The notes beneath the pieces were generated by a model. It ran no database searches and was not told the origin of the DNA. It saw nothing but the letters and a program-made list of their open reading frames with translations. Shown piece after piece: positions 19,526 through 27,376 of a stretch of 32,000 nucleotides of DNA. Position 1 is the first letter of the stretch. Every line of letters starts with the position of its first letter. The translations under genes and the position numbers were made by a program. This DNA is from Fibrobacter succinogenes subsp. succinogenes S85 (GTDB lineage Bacteria; Fibrobacterota; Fibrobacteria; Fibrobacterales; Fibrobacteraceae): positions 780,001 to 812,000 of the forward strand of contig NC_017448.1 in assembly GCF_000146505.1 (NCBI RefSeq), written 5' to 3'.

Positions 19526-20227
19526 TCAATTTTTATTATACAAGAAATTAACGACTCTGCCCTGAATATTTTGGCGAACGATATAGTGCCCCTGCGGTAA
19601 ATTAGACGTCGAAGTTTCCATATAATTGCCATTCATATCGAAAATTTTCACGGCCTCGGAATTTCCACGCAAGCGGAGTTTTTCAACAATCCGCGTCGTA
19701 CTTGATTCCGGTGTATCTGAAGGATCCGTCACAGTTGACTCGTCTGCAGCGCCCTTTTCCACAAGCACTTCAACGCGGCCCGTATATTCAGTTTTATCGT
19801 CGCCTTTGACTATGTACTTGAACGAAGCCAAGCCTTTAAAATTTGCCTTCGGCGTAAAGCGAGCCGTGTAGCCATCTGCAAGCAATTCAACCGTTCCATT
19901 CTCTGCAGCAGATACGCTGTAAGTCGGTTTGACCGACTGGAATCCACACGTAATAGTACGCAAGTCAAAATTGCGTGAAGATTCGTCCGTAATGTGCATA
20001 TGCGAAGCCCCGAGCCAGTTGATGTACTTTTCGATACGCACATAACCATCGCTTTCCTTGGTCATTGCGTCATCTTTATTGACATCGTAGCCCATAGCTT
20101 CTTCAAAGTAATCGGGCATGCCGTCCTTATCGGAATCCTTCGCGGCAGTCCCTGCAATCACTTCGCCCCAGCCGTTGTTCGTTTTGATGCCCATGTCGGC
20201 AACGCTTTTTACGAGTGCGCCCGCACA
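19526..20227 (-). pseudogene. C-terminal fragment of a secreted carbohydrate-active enzyme (pectate-lyase-like tail + beta-sandwich + C-terminal sorting domain)
   Basis: It contains DSDKDGMPDYFEEAMGYDVNKDD...GYVRIEKYINWL, then an Ig-like segment and a terminal ...VKIFDMNGNYMETSTSNLPQGHYIVRQN sorting-type tail. The frame is open only from 20227, there is no catalytic domain or signal peptide, and it abuts another truncated gene. Confidence 0.5.
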
Positions 20228-20595
20228 TCACCGCCGAAGAAGCGAAAAAGTCGGTGCAGTTGCTCGAAGAATGCGAACTGATTAAAAAAGATAAAAGCGG
20301 AAAATACGTGCTGACGGAGAATTCCATCACCACGGGTGACCGCACGTCGAAACTCGCGCTCCGCGGCTACCACCAGCATTGCCTAAAGCTCGCCGCCGAT
20401 TCCATCGACCGCGACCCGCCCGGCAGCCGCCACATTTCAGGACTCACGCTCGGCATCAGCCAAGAAGGCTACGAACGCATCGTGGAACGCATCAACGCCT
20501 TCCGCAAGGAAATCGCGCTCATCGCCGAAGAAGACCAAAATAGCGACAAAGTCTTTCAGCTAGAGTTTGCGATGTTCCCCGTCGGCGGGAAGTAA
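20215..20595 (+). pseudogene. 5'-truncated TIGR02147/DUF4423-family gene (about the C-terminal 125 aa only)
   Basis: ITAEEAKKSVQLLEECELIKKDKSGKYVLTE...ISGLTLGISQEGYERIVERINAFRKEI...KVFQLEFAMFPV matches the C-terminal half of this ~270-aa family as I recall it. The N-terminal HTH half is absent, and that space is occupied by the opposing fragment. Confidence 0.55.
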
Positions 20596-20611
20596 AGATT
20601 ACTTCGCAACG
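20542..20611 (+). repeat. Direct repeat copy A (3' end of the TIGR02147 fragment plus downstream flank)
   Basis: AGCGACAAAGTCTTTCAGCTAGAGTTTGCGATGTTCCCCGTCGGCGGGAAGTAAAGATTACTTCGCAACG. Over the first 55 nt, 51 positions match copy B by my hand alignment. Confidence 0.85.
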
Positions 20612-20688
20612 GAATAAAAAAAACAGCTTCTGCAGTGACAAATTGCAAGCCCAATTTTTACTAGCGAATATAAGTTTTTTTCCTAAAT

Positions 20689-21426
20689 TCACCAATTTGT
20701 GCAAAGCCATTCTTTAAAAAAGTCACAAGATCTTTTTCCTTCAGCTTTAGCATATTTTTCCATTGTAATAAACCAGCACGGCTCAGATGGATGATTTGTA
20801 TAAATGTAATCAATATTTTTTCCTTTAGTCCAGTCCCAAAAATCTTGTTTAAAACAACGCCAATAGTCTCCAGGATATCTAGAATTTCTTTTTCCCTTAT
20901 CATCGAAAACACCTTCAACACAATCCTTAACCAACCTACTCATAAAAACGATGAGATTTGGTTTAAGAATACCTATAACATCGACCAAATTTTTGATAGC
21001 ATATTCTCTATCATCTTTTTCTCCTCCATGTTTACTCCAAAATTTCTGCATATTTTGTTCACTTTCATCTGCTGGGCGTAAAAAATAATTGTAAAACGCA
21101 ACTGATTTCCATGCATCCCTTTTTCCTGTAGCCAAATCCATTGTTTCTTGAACACGGTTACAAAATGTTGTATTACGCCATACGCCCCAAGTTTTACGCG
21201 TAGCGCAATTATTTTCTTCTTTAGAATTATGAATCACTGTTGGATTCATATACCATGTTGAAACATCGTGATGAACAATTGTACCATCAGGCATATAATG
21301 GCTATCTCCAACCAACAAGAGTTTTTTATGCTTACTCAAATCGTAATCATCTCCAACAAAAGGAAGCATGTACGCGTGATTCTTGTAAAAAGGCAGCTTT
21401 AATAAGTCATTATCATATTTGGACAT
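20689..21426 (-). CDS. Hypothetical protein with uracil-DNA-glycosylase-superfamily-like motifs
   Basis: A 245-aa AT-rich ORF. KLLLVGDSHYMPDG resembles UDG motif A (GQDPY/GEAPG position), and YIYTNHPSEPCWF resembles motif B (HPSP). The fold assignment is tentative. Confidence 0.65.
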   Translation of the reverse strand: MSKYDNDLLKLPFYKNHAYMLPFVGDDYDLSKHKKLLLVGDSHYMPDGTIVHHDVSTWYMNPTVIHNSKEENNCATRKTWGVWRNTTFCNRVQETMDLATGKRDAWKSVAFYNYFLRPADESEQNMQKFWSKHGGEKDDREYAIKNLVDVIGILKPNLIVFMSRLVKDCVEGVFDDKGKRNSRYPGDYWRCFKQDFWDWTKGKNIDYIYTNHPSEPCWFITMEKYAKAEGKRSCDFFKEWLCTNW

Positions 21427-21558
21427 TGTTACTCCTTGACAAAAGATTTTATAGAAAAACCACTATCGACTAAAAATAACATAAAAAGACATGGAAAAAG
21501 CCTTATACACTTTGCCATAAATGTCTCATCGAAGCAGCAGAATAATCAAATTCGCAGC

Positions 21559-21588
21559 GGAAATAAAAAGAGCCCGCTTCTGTGCGGG
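21559..21588 (-). terminator. Terminator-like hairpin upstream of the cassette gene (minus-strand sense)
   Basis: The minus strand reads CCCGC-ACAGAA-GCGGG followed by CTCTTTTTATTT. It would block read-through from ilvC into the 20689-21426 gene. Confidence 0.5.
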
Positions 21589-21664
21589 GGCAAACTACAG
21601 ATTCAATTTTCACTATAAGCAAGTATAGCAAGGCCGCAGACCCCGAAGCTGTACATACTAGTAC

Positions 21665-21731
21665 AGCGACAAAGTCTTTCAGCTAGAGTTCGCGATGGTT
21701 CCCGTCGGTGGGAAGTAAATTACTGCGAACG
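21665..21731 (+). repeat. Direct repeat copy B: orphan 3' remnant of a TIGR02147-type gene (encodes ...SDKVFQLEFAMVPVGGK*)
   Basis: AGCGACAAAGTCTTTCAGCTAGAGTTCGCGATGGTTCCCGTCGGTGGGAAGTAAATTACTGCGAACG. An in-frame TAG lies one codon upstream (21659-21661), so it is only a remnant. Confidence 0.85.
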
Positions 21732-21809
21732 ACCGCCCCAAACGCGACAGGAAGCCGCCACAAACGCAACAAAAAGCTGCGAGAAAATCATTATCGCATA
21801 AATGCACAA

Positions 21810-21829
21810 AGCCCGCCTTTCGGCGGGCT
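21810..21829 (-). terminator. Terminator hairpin downstream of ilvC
   Basis: AGCCCGCC-TTTC-GGCGGGCT. On the minus strand it is followed by TTGTGCATTTAT. Confidence 0.55.
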
Positions 21830-21893
21830 GTTGTGTTGCGAAAGTTGGATAAGCGAGCTTAGACAACTTTCATCTCGCTAAGCGGAACCGAGG

Positions 21894-23372
21894 TTACACG
21901 ACGCGGGTCATGCCGCTCATGCGGTCACGCAGCCAAGCACCGACTTCTTCCACCGGATGTTGACGGATGTTCTTGTTAACCTTGATGAGTTCTTCGTTAT
22001 CGACAGCGTTGGTATTGCCTTCGTTGAAGATATCGCCAATGTCGCCCTTCTTGACTTCGTTCTTCATGAAGTCAGCGAGGAGAGGAACGCACTTGTTAGC
22101 AAAGAGGTAGCAGCCGTATTCTGCGGTATCGCTGATGACGCGGTTCATTTCGAACAGCTTCTTACGAGCGATGAGGTTTGCAATGAGCGGAGTTTCGTGG
22201 AGGGATTCGTAGTAAGCGCTCATCGGCTTGATGCCCACAGAGCACATGGTTTCGAATGCGAGTTCCACACCGGCCTTGATCATAGCGGTCATGAGAACGC
22301 CACGGTCGAAGTATTCCTGTTCGGTAATCTGCTTGTCAGTTGCGGCAACCTTTTCGAATTCGAGTTCGCCGGTTTCGCCACGCCACTTGAGGAGGTCCTT
22401 GTCGCCAGCTTCCCAGTCGACCATCATCGTGCTGGAGAACTTGCCAGAGATGATGTTGTCCTGATGTTCCTGGTAGAGCGGCTTCATGATCTTCTTCATC
22501 TTTTCAGCAAGTTCCGTTGCGCGGATCTTAGCCGGGTTGGAGAGACGGTCCATCATGTTCGTGATACCACCATGTTTGAGGGCTTCGGAAATCGTTTCCC
22601 AGCCGTACTGGAGGAGCTTCACAGCGTAAGCCTTATCGATACCGAATTCCTTCACCATCTTGTCGTAGCAAAGGATCGTACCGGTCTGGAGCATACCGCA
22701 AAGGATGGTCTGTTCGCCCATGAGGTCAGACTTCACTTCGGCGACGAAAGAGCTTTCGAGAACGCCCGGACGGTCAGCGTGGAGACCAGCAGCGTAAGCC
22801 TTGGCATAGTCCCAGCCCTTGCCTTCAGGGTCGTTTTCCGGGTGGACAGCGATAAGGCACGGCATGCCGAAACCACGGAGGTATTCAGAACGAACTTCGG
22901 AACCCGGTCCCTTCGGAGCGACCATGATCACAGTGATGTCCTTGCGGATTTCCTGGCCTTCTTCGACGATGTTGAAGCCATGGCTGTAAGAAAGAGCTGC
23001 GCCCTTCTTCATGAGCTTCATGATAGCCGGGATCACGTTGTGGTGCTGCTTATCCGGTGTGAGGTTGCAAACGAGGTCTGCATCCGGAATCATTTCTTCA
23101 TAAGTACCGACCTTGAAGCCGTTTTCAGTAGCGTTCTTCCAGGACTGGCGCTTCTGTTCGATGGCTTCCTTGCGGAGCGTGTAGGAAACATCCAAACCGC
23201 TATCGCGAAGGTCGAGACCCTGATGGAGACCCTGAGCACCGCAACCGACGAACACAATCTTCTTACCCTTGAGGGCTTCAACACCACGGCTGAATTCAGA
23301 ATGTTCCATGAAACGGCAGTGGCCAATTTCTTCGAGTTGGCGACGCATAGGGATAGAGTTGAAATAATTCAT
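21894..23372 (-). CDS. ilvC: Ketol-acid reductoisomerase, long (class II) form
   Basis: A 492-aa protein collinear with E. coli IlvC by eye: NYFN...[58 protein letters not shown] and NLTPDKQH. Confidence 0.95.
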   Translation of the reverse strand: MNYFNSIPMRRQLEEIGHCRFMEHSEFSRGVEALKGKKIVFVGCGAQGLHQGLDLRDSGLDVSYTLRKEAIEQKRQSWKNATENGFKVGTYEEMIPDADLVCNLTPDKQHHNVIPAIMKLMKKGAALSYSHGFNIVEEGQEIRKDITVIMVAPKGPGSEVRSEYLRGFGMPCLIAVHPENDPEGKGWDYAKAYAAGLHADRPGVLESSFVAEVKSDLMGEQTILCGMLQTGTILCYDKMVKEFGIDKAYAVKLLQYGWETISEALKHGGITNMMDRLSNPAKIRATELAEKMKKIMKPLYQEHQDNIISGKFSSTMMVDWEAGDKDLLKWRGETGELEFEKVAATDKQITEQEYFDRGVLMTAMIKAGVELAFETMCSVGIKPMSAYYESLHETPLIANLIARKKLFEMNRVISDTAEYGCYLFANKCVPLLADFMKNEVKKGDIGDIFNEGNTNAVDNEELIKVNKNIRQHPVEEVGAWLRDRMSGMTRVV

Positions 23373-23471
23373 TTTTTTGAACCTCTGTTAAATAAAATGT
23401 TCCAAGCGGAAAGATAGCAAAGTAAAGTGGAAAAAGTTACTAGTTTCCATCCACTAATTACTAGAAAACGT

Positions 23472-23565
23472 AAAAAAAAGGGACTGGAGGGGGAAGCCTC
23501 CCCCTGATTGCAGCCCCGGCACGCCGGGTCTTCCATCACCCCTACTCCTAGGGGCTCCGCCCCTA
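23472..23565 (-). promoter_or_regulatory. GC-rich multi-hairpin block in the spacer upstream of ilvC (terminator of the upstream gene and/or ilvC leader structure)
   Basis: Read on the plus strand: AGGGGGA-AGCC-TCCCCCT (23488-23505), preceded by A8 at 23472-23479 (T8 on the minus strand); CCCGG-CACG-CCGGG (23515-23528); CCCCTA-CTCC-TAGGGG (23539-23554), which overlaps TAGGGGC-TCC-GCCCCTA (23549-23565). Confidence 0.45.
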
Positions 23566-23648
23566 ACACCCCGGATTCAGCTACAAGAGTTTCTTTTTGC
23601 ACAAACAAATTAAATCAAATTCACGCAAACAAGGCCTAGATTCACGTT

Positions 23649-25332
23649 TTAATCCTTGAGACAACGAACTAAAAACTTTTCGTATTTGTTGAAGTTTAGC
23701 AAGCCCGCGTTTTCAGTTTCGGAAAACAGAATCATGCTGTATGCGGTTGAATAATTGGGTTCCGTAGAACTCCAGAAGTGCGTGCTGATAACATCAATAG
23801 GCAAAGCACTGAACCCGAAGGAATCTTCATTACAGTTATAACACCAGGCGCTCTTGGACTTGAGTTTGGGACCGGCCGTAGTCGCCCCCCCCAACTGTAG
23901 TAAGTAGGACTTCCCATTCGTCTTTATTCGGCAGGTGCCAACCACTGGGGCAAATTCCCTGCACATGGCCCGTAAAGTCGCACATTTTATCGTAACCGCA
24001 GTTCATTGGATTGATAGTATCGTTCGCCAATTTCACCGAATCAATAGCAGCAGCCCAAGTGTAAAGGCGACCTCCCACATGGCAATACTTCGCCTTATTG
24101 TCATAGCACCAGCTAGAGGAATCGCTAGTGTTGCTGTAGAATTTATATGGAACACGTGTGTAAGCATAATTGAGATTCTGTGCCATCCAAGTTTGCGAGC
24201 CAATGACAACGGTCTTGTATGTTTGACCATCACGCTCATCAGTCATGGAGCCATAGGTAACATCTGGATTCAGGCGAGCATACTTGGGTACATTCCAACT
24301 CCAACCATTGTCCCTGAGGCAACGAACAGAAAAGCCGTCATTTTTATAGTAGTCATACAGATGCATTTCCCCGCTGTTAGCGTCCAAATACACAAAACAC
24401 ACGCCGTTCATACAGCCCTTGTCACACAGCTCACTTCCACCACAGGACTCAGTAGAACTCCAGAATACCGTGAAGTCATTACTGCTTACAAAGTAATCGC
24501 CTCTACTATTCCATAAGCCAACAGGCAAAGCACTGAACCCGAAGGAGTCATCGCCGTTACCATCTTTAGCCCATCCGCTTTGAGACTTGAACCCGATATC
24601 TGCTAAACGTTTGGAACTAAACCGATCGAACAGTCTTCTCCATTCATCCATACTCGGTAGGTGCCAGCCCTCGGGACAAATGCCACGAATCATGTTTCCA
24701 AGGCCACAATACTTGTCGATCCCGCAGTCCAGTGGGTCCAAGCTATCATTAGCCAATTTCACCGAATCGATAGCAGCAGCCCAAGTGTAAAAGCGACCTC
24801 CTACATTGCAGTTTTTCGCCACATTTTTATAGCACCGATTATTGCCCTTAAGACTTGGAGTTGCGGAGCTGTCTGCATAGTTTAGATTCTCCGCCATCCA
24901 CGTTTCAGAATACGGATGTCCTTTCGGGGCAATAGTCACAATCTTATAAACCTTGCCATCACGAGAATCAATCATAGTATCGTACTGTATTTCGGGATTC
25001 AAGTAAGTTTCTTTAGGCACATCCCAGCTCCAGGCAATCTGGGAACTAGACGATTGCTGAATTGATTCAGAACTACTGCTTGACTTTACAGAACTCGATG
25101 ACGAGGACTTAGCCTTTTCACTGCTAGAAGAATTCTTCTGAACGCTAGAACTCGAAGACTTTACTCGAGATCCTGATGAACTCAGCTTTTCCGACGAACT
25201 AGAACTAATCTTGCTTACCGGTTCATCACCCGCACTAACGGAATTACTATCATCTCCGCCACATGCAGCAAGGAACAACAATAAACAAGAAATAGCAATG
25301 CATTTTTTGCCAATAACAATATCAAAGCTCAT
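23649..25332 (-). pseudogene. FISUMP-domain lipoprotein (Ser-rich linker + three paralogous domains) interrupted by a frameshift in a G8 tract
   Basis: The start is MSFDIVIGKKCIAISCLLLFLAAC (lipobox). There is a long S-rich linker and CPEGWHLPSMDEW and CPSGWHLPNKDEW modules. The frame changes at C8 on plus (23885-23892). With G7 the protein reads ...EWEVLLTTVGGATTAGPKLKSKSAW...FGFSALP...VRCLKD. The length is 1684 nt (3n+1). Confidence 0.75.
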
Positions 25333-25405
25333 AAAATCTTCTAAATTAAAATTACCCCACAAATATAAATTATTTCTTCCAAAATAACGAAAGAATGGTT
25401 TCCCC

Positions 25406-26155
25406 ATGCCCATCACAAATAAAGCTACCGTCACGCAATGGAACGAAGAAAAAGGATTCGGTTTTGCAACCGCAAACGGAACAAAATATTTTGTCCATAT
25501 TTCAGCTTTAGGGCATCCCGTGAGACCGCCTAAAGTCGGTGATACAATCATCATCTACAACTTCGGCAAAACTGAGAAAGGCGCAAGAATCGAAAAAGGA
25601 ATTCTCGATGGTGTCGCCTCACGAGACGAGCAAGTAACCTCCCCAGTACGCAAAAATTATCGTAAGACGAAAAAATCCAAGATCGCTGTGATAGTCGCGA
25701 TATGCATTGCGTTAGCATTCGCATTCGACATATACGTAGTTTACACAACCCCCGATGATGCCCCCCGCAAGAAAAAAGTCTGCCTATTAAAAGAAAATCC
25801 CGCCGAAAAGGAATACACATCAAGGCTTCATGTTGCAAAGTACATCTGCGACAACGGACAACTTCCTTCAAACTACATCACCAAAAGCGAAGGCAAAAGA
25901 CTCTACGAGCAGAAAACCGGTCGCAATTTTACCAAATGGAATTTCAATCCTCTCACGACGCTCGGCGTGATGATTGGCGGCGACAACTTCGACAATCGCG
26001 AAGGACAACTGCCTCAAGGAACATGGTACGAAGCCGATGTTGATTACTTCGGAAACAATCGCGGCACAAACCGCCTTATCTATAGCAGCGGTTGCAATAT
26101 CTATTACACCGGCAACCATTACAAAACATTCAATAAAATTGAATTTGGAAATTGA
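25406..26155 (+). CDS. Cold-shock-domain / single TM / barnase-family ribonuclease fusion protein
   Basis: The N-terminus VTQWNEEKGFGFATANGTKYFVHISAL is CSD-like (KGFGFI, FVH). The TM helix is IAVIVAICIALAFAFDIYVVY. The C-terminus LPSNYITKSEGK...GGDNFDNREGQLPQGTWYEADVDYFGNNRGTNRLIYSSGCNIYYTGNHYKTFNKI parallels barnase (LPDNYITKSEAQ...GGDIFSNREGKLP...WREADINY...RNSDRILYSS...YKTTDHYQTFTKI). Confidence 0.85.
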   Translation: MPITNKATVTQWNEEKGFGFATANGTKYFVHISALGHPVRPPKVGDTIIIYNFGKTEKGARIEKGILDGVASRDEQVTSPVRKNYRKTKKSKIAVIVAICIALAFAFDIYVVYTTPDDAPRKKKVCLLKENPAEKEYTSRLHVAKYICDNGQLPSNYITKSEGKRLYEQKTGRNFTKWNFNPLTTLGVMIGGDNFDNREGQLPQGTWYEADVDYFGNNRGTNRLIYSSGCNIYYTGNHYKTFNKIEFGN

Positions 26156-26185
26156 TTAGGTAATTGCGCATTCCAGATAAATTTC

Positions 26186-26896
26186 CTACCCTTCCAATTT
26201 CCAGCCGCAATCATTGTGGTAAATCATCTGGCGAGTCATACCGCCATCGATGCAGATGTTTTCGCCGGTGATAAAGCCGGCCTTGTCGCTTGCAAGGTAA
26301 AGAACCATATTTGCGATATCAAGAGGATTGCCGACACGACCCGCAGGCTGCTGAGTGGCATCAGGACCTTCGTAGACTTTGAAATCCGTATCAATCCAGC
26401 CCGGCGAAATTGAATTCACACGCACACGGCCCGCAAAACTCACAGCTAGCGCATGCGTGAGAGCTGCAATCCCGCCCTTCGCTGCCGTATAACTTTCCGT
26501 TTGCGGTTGGCTCATACGGTCGCGAGATGACGAGATATTTATAATGCTAGCACCCTTTGCAAAATGCGGCGCAAAAAGTTTTGCGAGGTAAAATGGGGCC
26601 GTCACGCCGACAGCTAACGCATAACTGAATTCCTCGTAGCTACATTCGTCAATACCTTTCATGAGCGGGAGTGCGTTATTTACTAGCACATCCACATGAC
26701 CGTATTTTTCGATGACGAATTGCGCAAACTTTTCCAAAGTCTCTTTCTTTGAAAGATCCCCGACAAAACAAGGATTTTCGCGGATATCAATGTACACGAC
26801 ATTCGCGCCCTCTTTTTCAAATTCACTCACTATGGAAGCGCCAATCCCATGTGCTCCGCCCGTCACCACGACCACTTTATTTTCAAACAATTTCAT
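26186..26896 (-). CDS. Short-chain dehydrogenase/reductase (SDR) family oxidoreductase
   Basis: The start is taken at MKLFENKVVVVTGGAHGIGAS (TGxxxGIG). It also has NNA, a catalytic NISS...YTAAKGG (YxxxK) and a PGWIDT motif. Confidence 0.9.
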   Translation of the reverse strand: MKLFENKVVVVTGGAHGIGASIVSEFEKEGANVVYIDIRENPCFVGDLSKKETLEKFAQFVIEKYGHVDVLVNNALPLMKGIDECSYEEFSYALAVGVTAPFYLAKLFAPHFAKGASIINISSSRDRMSQPQTESYTAAKGGIAALTHALAVSFAGRVRVNSISPGWIDTDFKVYEGPDATQQPAGRVGNPLDIANMVLYLASDKAGFITGENICIDGGMTRQMIYHNDCGWKLEG

Positions 26897-27084
26897 AAGA
26901 GTAAATATACATTCCTGTTCTTCTGGCAAGAACGGCCGACAATCATAGGCGACAAAATCAAGCTTTTTGCAAACGGTTGGTTGCAAAATTTAGGGATTTC
27001 TCTTTTTTCAAATATTTCAATTGTAGATTTGGACTCCAAGTTTTTACTTGGAGTCCTTTTCAATATAGACGTAAAGAAAATTTC

Positions 27085-27113
27085 TTGACAGGAGAAAAGA
27101 TTTTTCATATATT
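27085..27113 (+). promoter_or_regulatory. Sigma70-like promoter TTGACA-17 nt-TATATT upstream of the toxin-antitoxin pair
   Basis: The hexamers were read directly: TTGACA at 27085-27090 and TATATT at 27108-27113. Confidence 0.5.
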
Positions 27114-27376
27114 ATGAATGTAATAACAAAACCAAAAATTCTAAAAGCAGTAAGGCTTATGTCCCAAAAAGAGCAAGTTCTTTCGCCAAATTGGTAAGAG
27201 ACTTGCACGAGAAAGGGCCTGTCCTACCCAACTGGCCGAACTACAAAAAACTTGTGAACACAAATACGCATCATTGCCACCTATCATACCACTGGGCGGC
27301 ATGCTGGATTGAAACGATTAAAGGAATCGAACTGGAGGTCACCTATGTTGGAAGCCGTGAAAATGCGCCTTACTAG
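27114..27376 (+). pseudogene. RelE/HigB-family toxin, apparently frameshifted at an A5 run
   Basis: The C-terminal frame reads ...FAKLVRDLHEKGPVLPNWPNYKKLVNTNTHHCHLSYHWAACWIETIKGIELEVTYVGSRENAPY*, a RelE-like pattern (...H.L...W...Y......I.......G.RE..Y). That frame has no ATG. The ATGs at 27114 and 27159 are in another frame that stops at 27195-27197. One extra A in the A5 run (27166-27170) fuses them. Confidence 0.45.

Noticed and set aside
21957-23417. 486-aa plus-strand ORF
   Set aside because: It is a mirror ORF antisense to ilvC, which has an unambiguous match to E. coli IlvC. Its composition (V/E/H/F-rich) is typical of antisense shadows.
23369-23608. 79-aa minus-strand ORF in the ilvC leader, considered as a possible leader peptide
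   Set aside because: It has a TTG start and no RBS, shows no run of Ile/Leu/Val codons as expected for a branched-chain attenuation peptide, and overlaps the ilvC start.
25040-25215. Repetitive Ser-codon stretch; similarly the Ala/Pro/Lys repeats at about 9340-9480 and the Glu/Arg/Lys repeats at about 18180-18340
   Set aside because: These are in-frame low-complexity linkers or coiled coils within CDSs, not CRISPR arrays or non-coding tandem repeats.
27114-27197. 27-aa ORF MNVITKPKILKAVRLMSQKEQVLSPNW as an independent small gene
   Set aside because: It is better explained as the out-of-frame N-terminus of the RelE/HigB-like toxin. Its ATG also sits immediately after the predicted -10 element and so is probably not transcribed.
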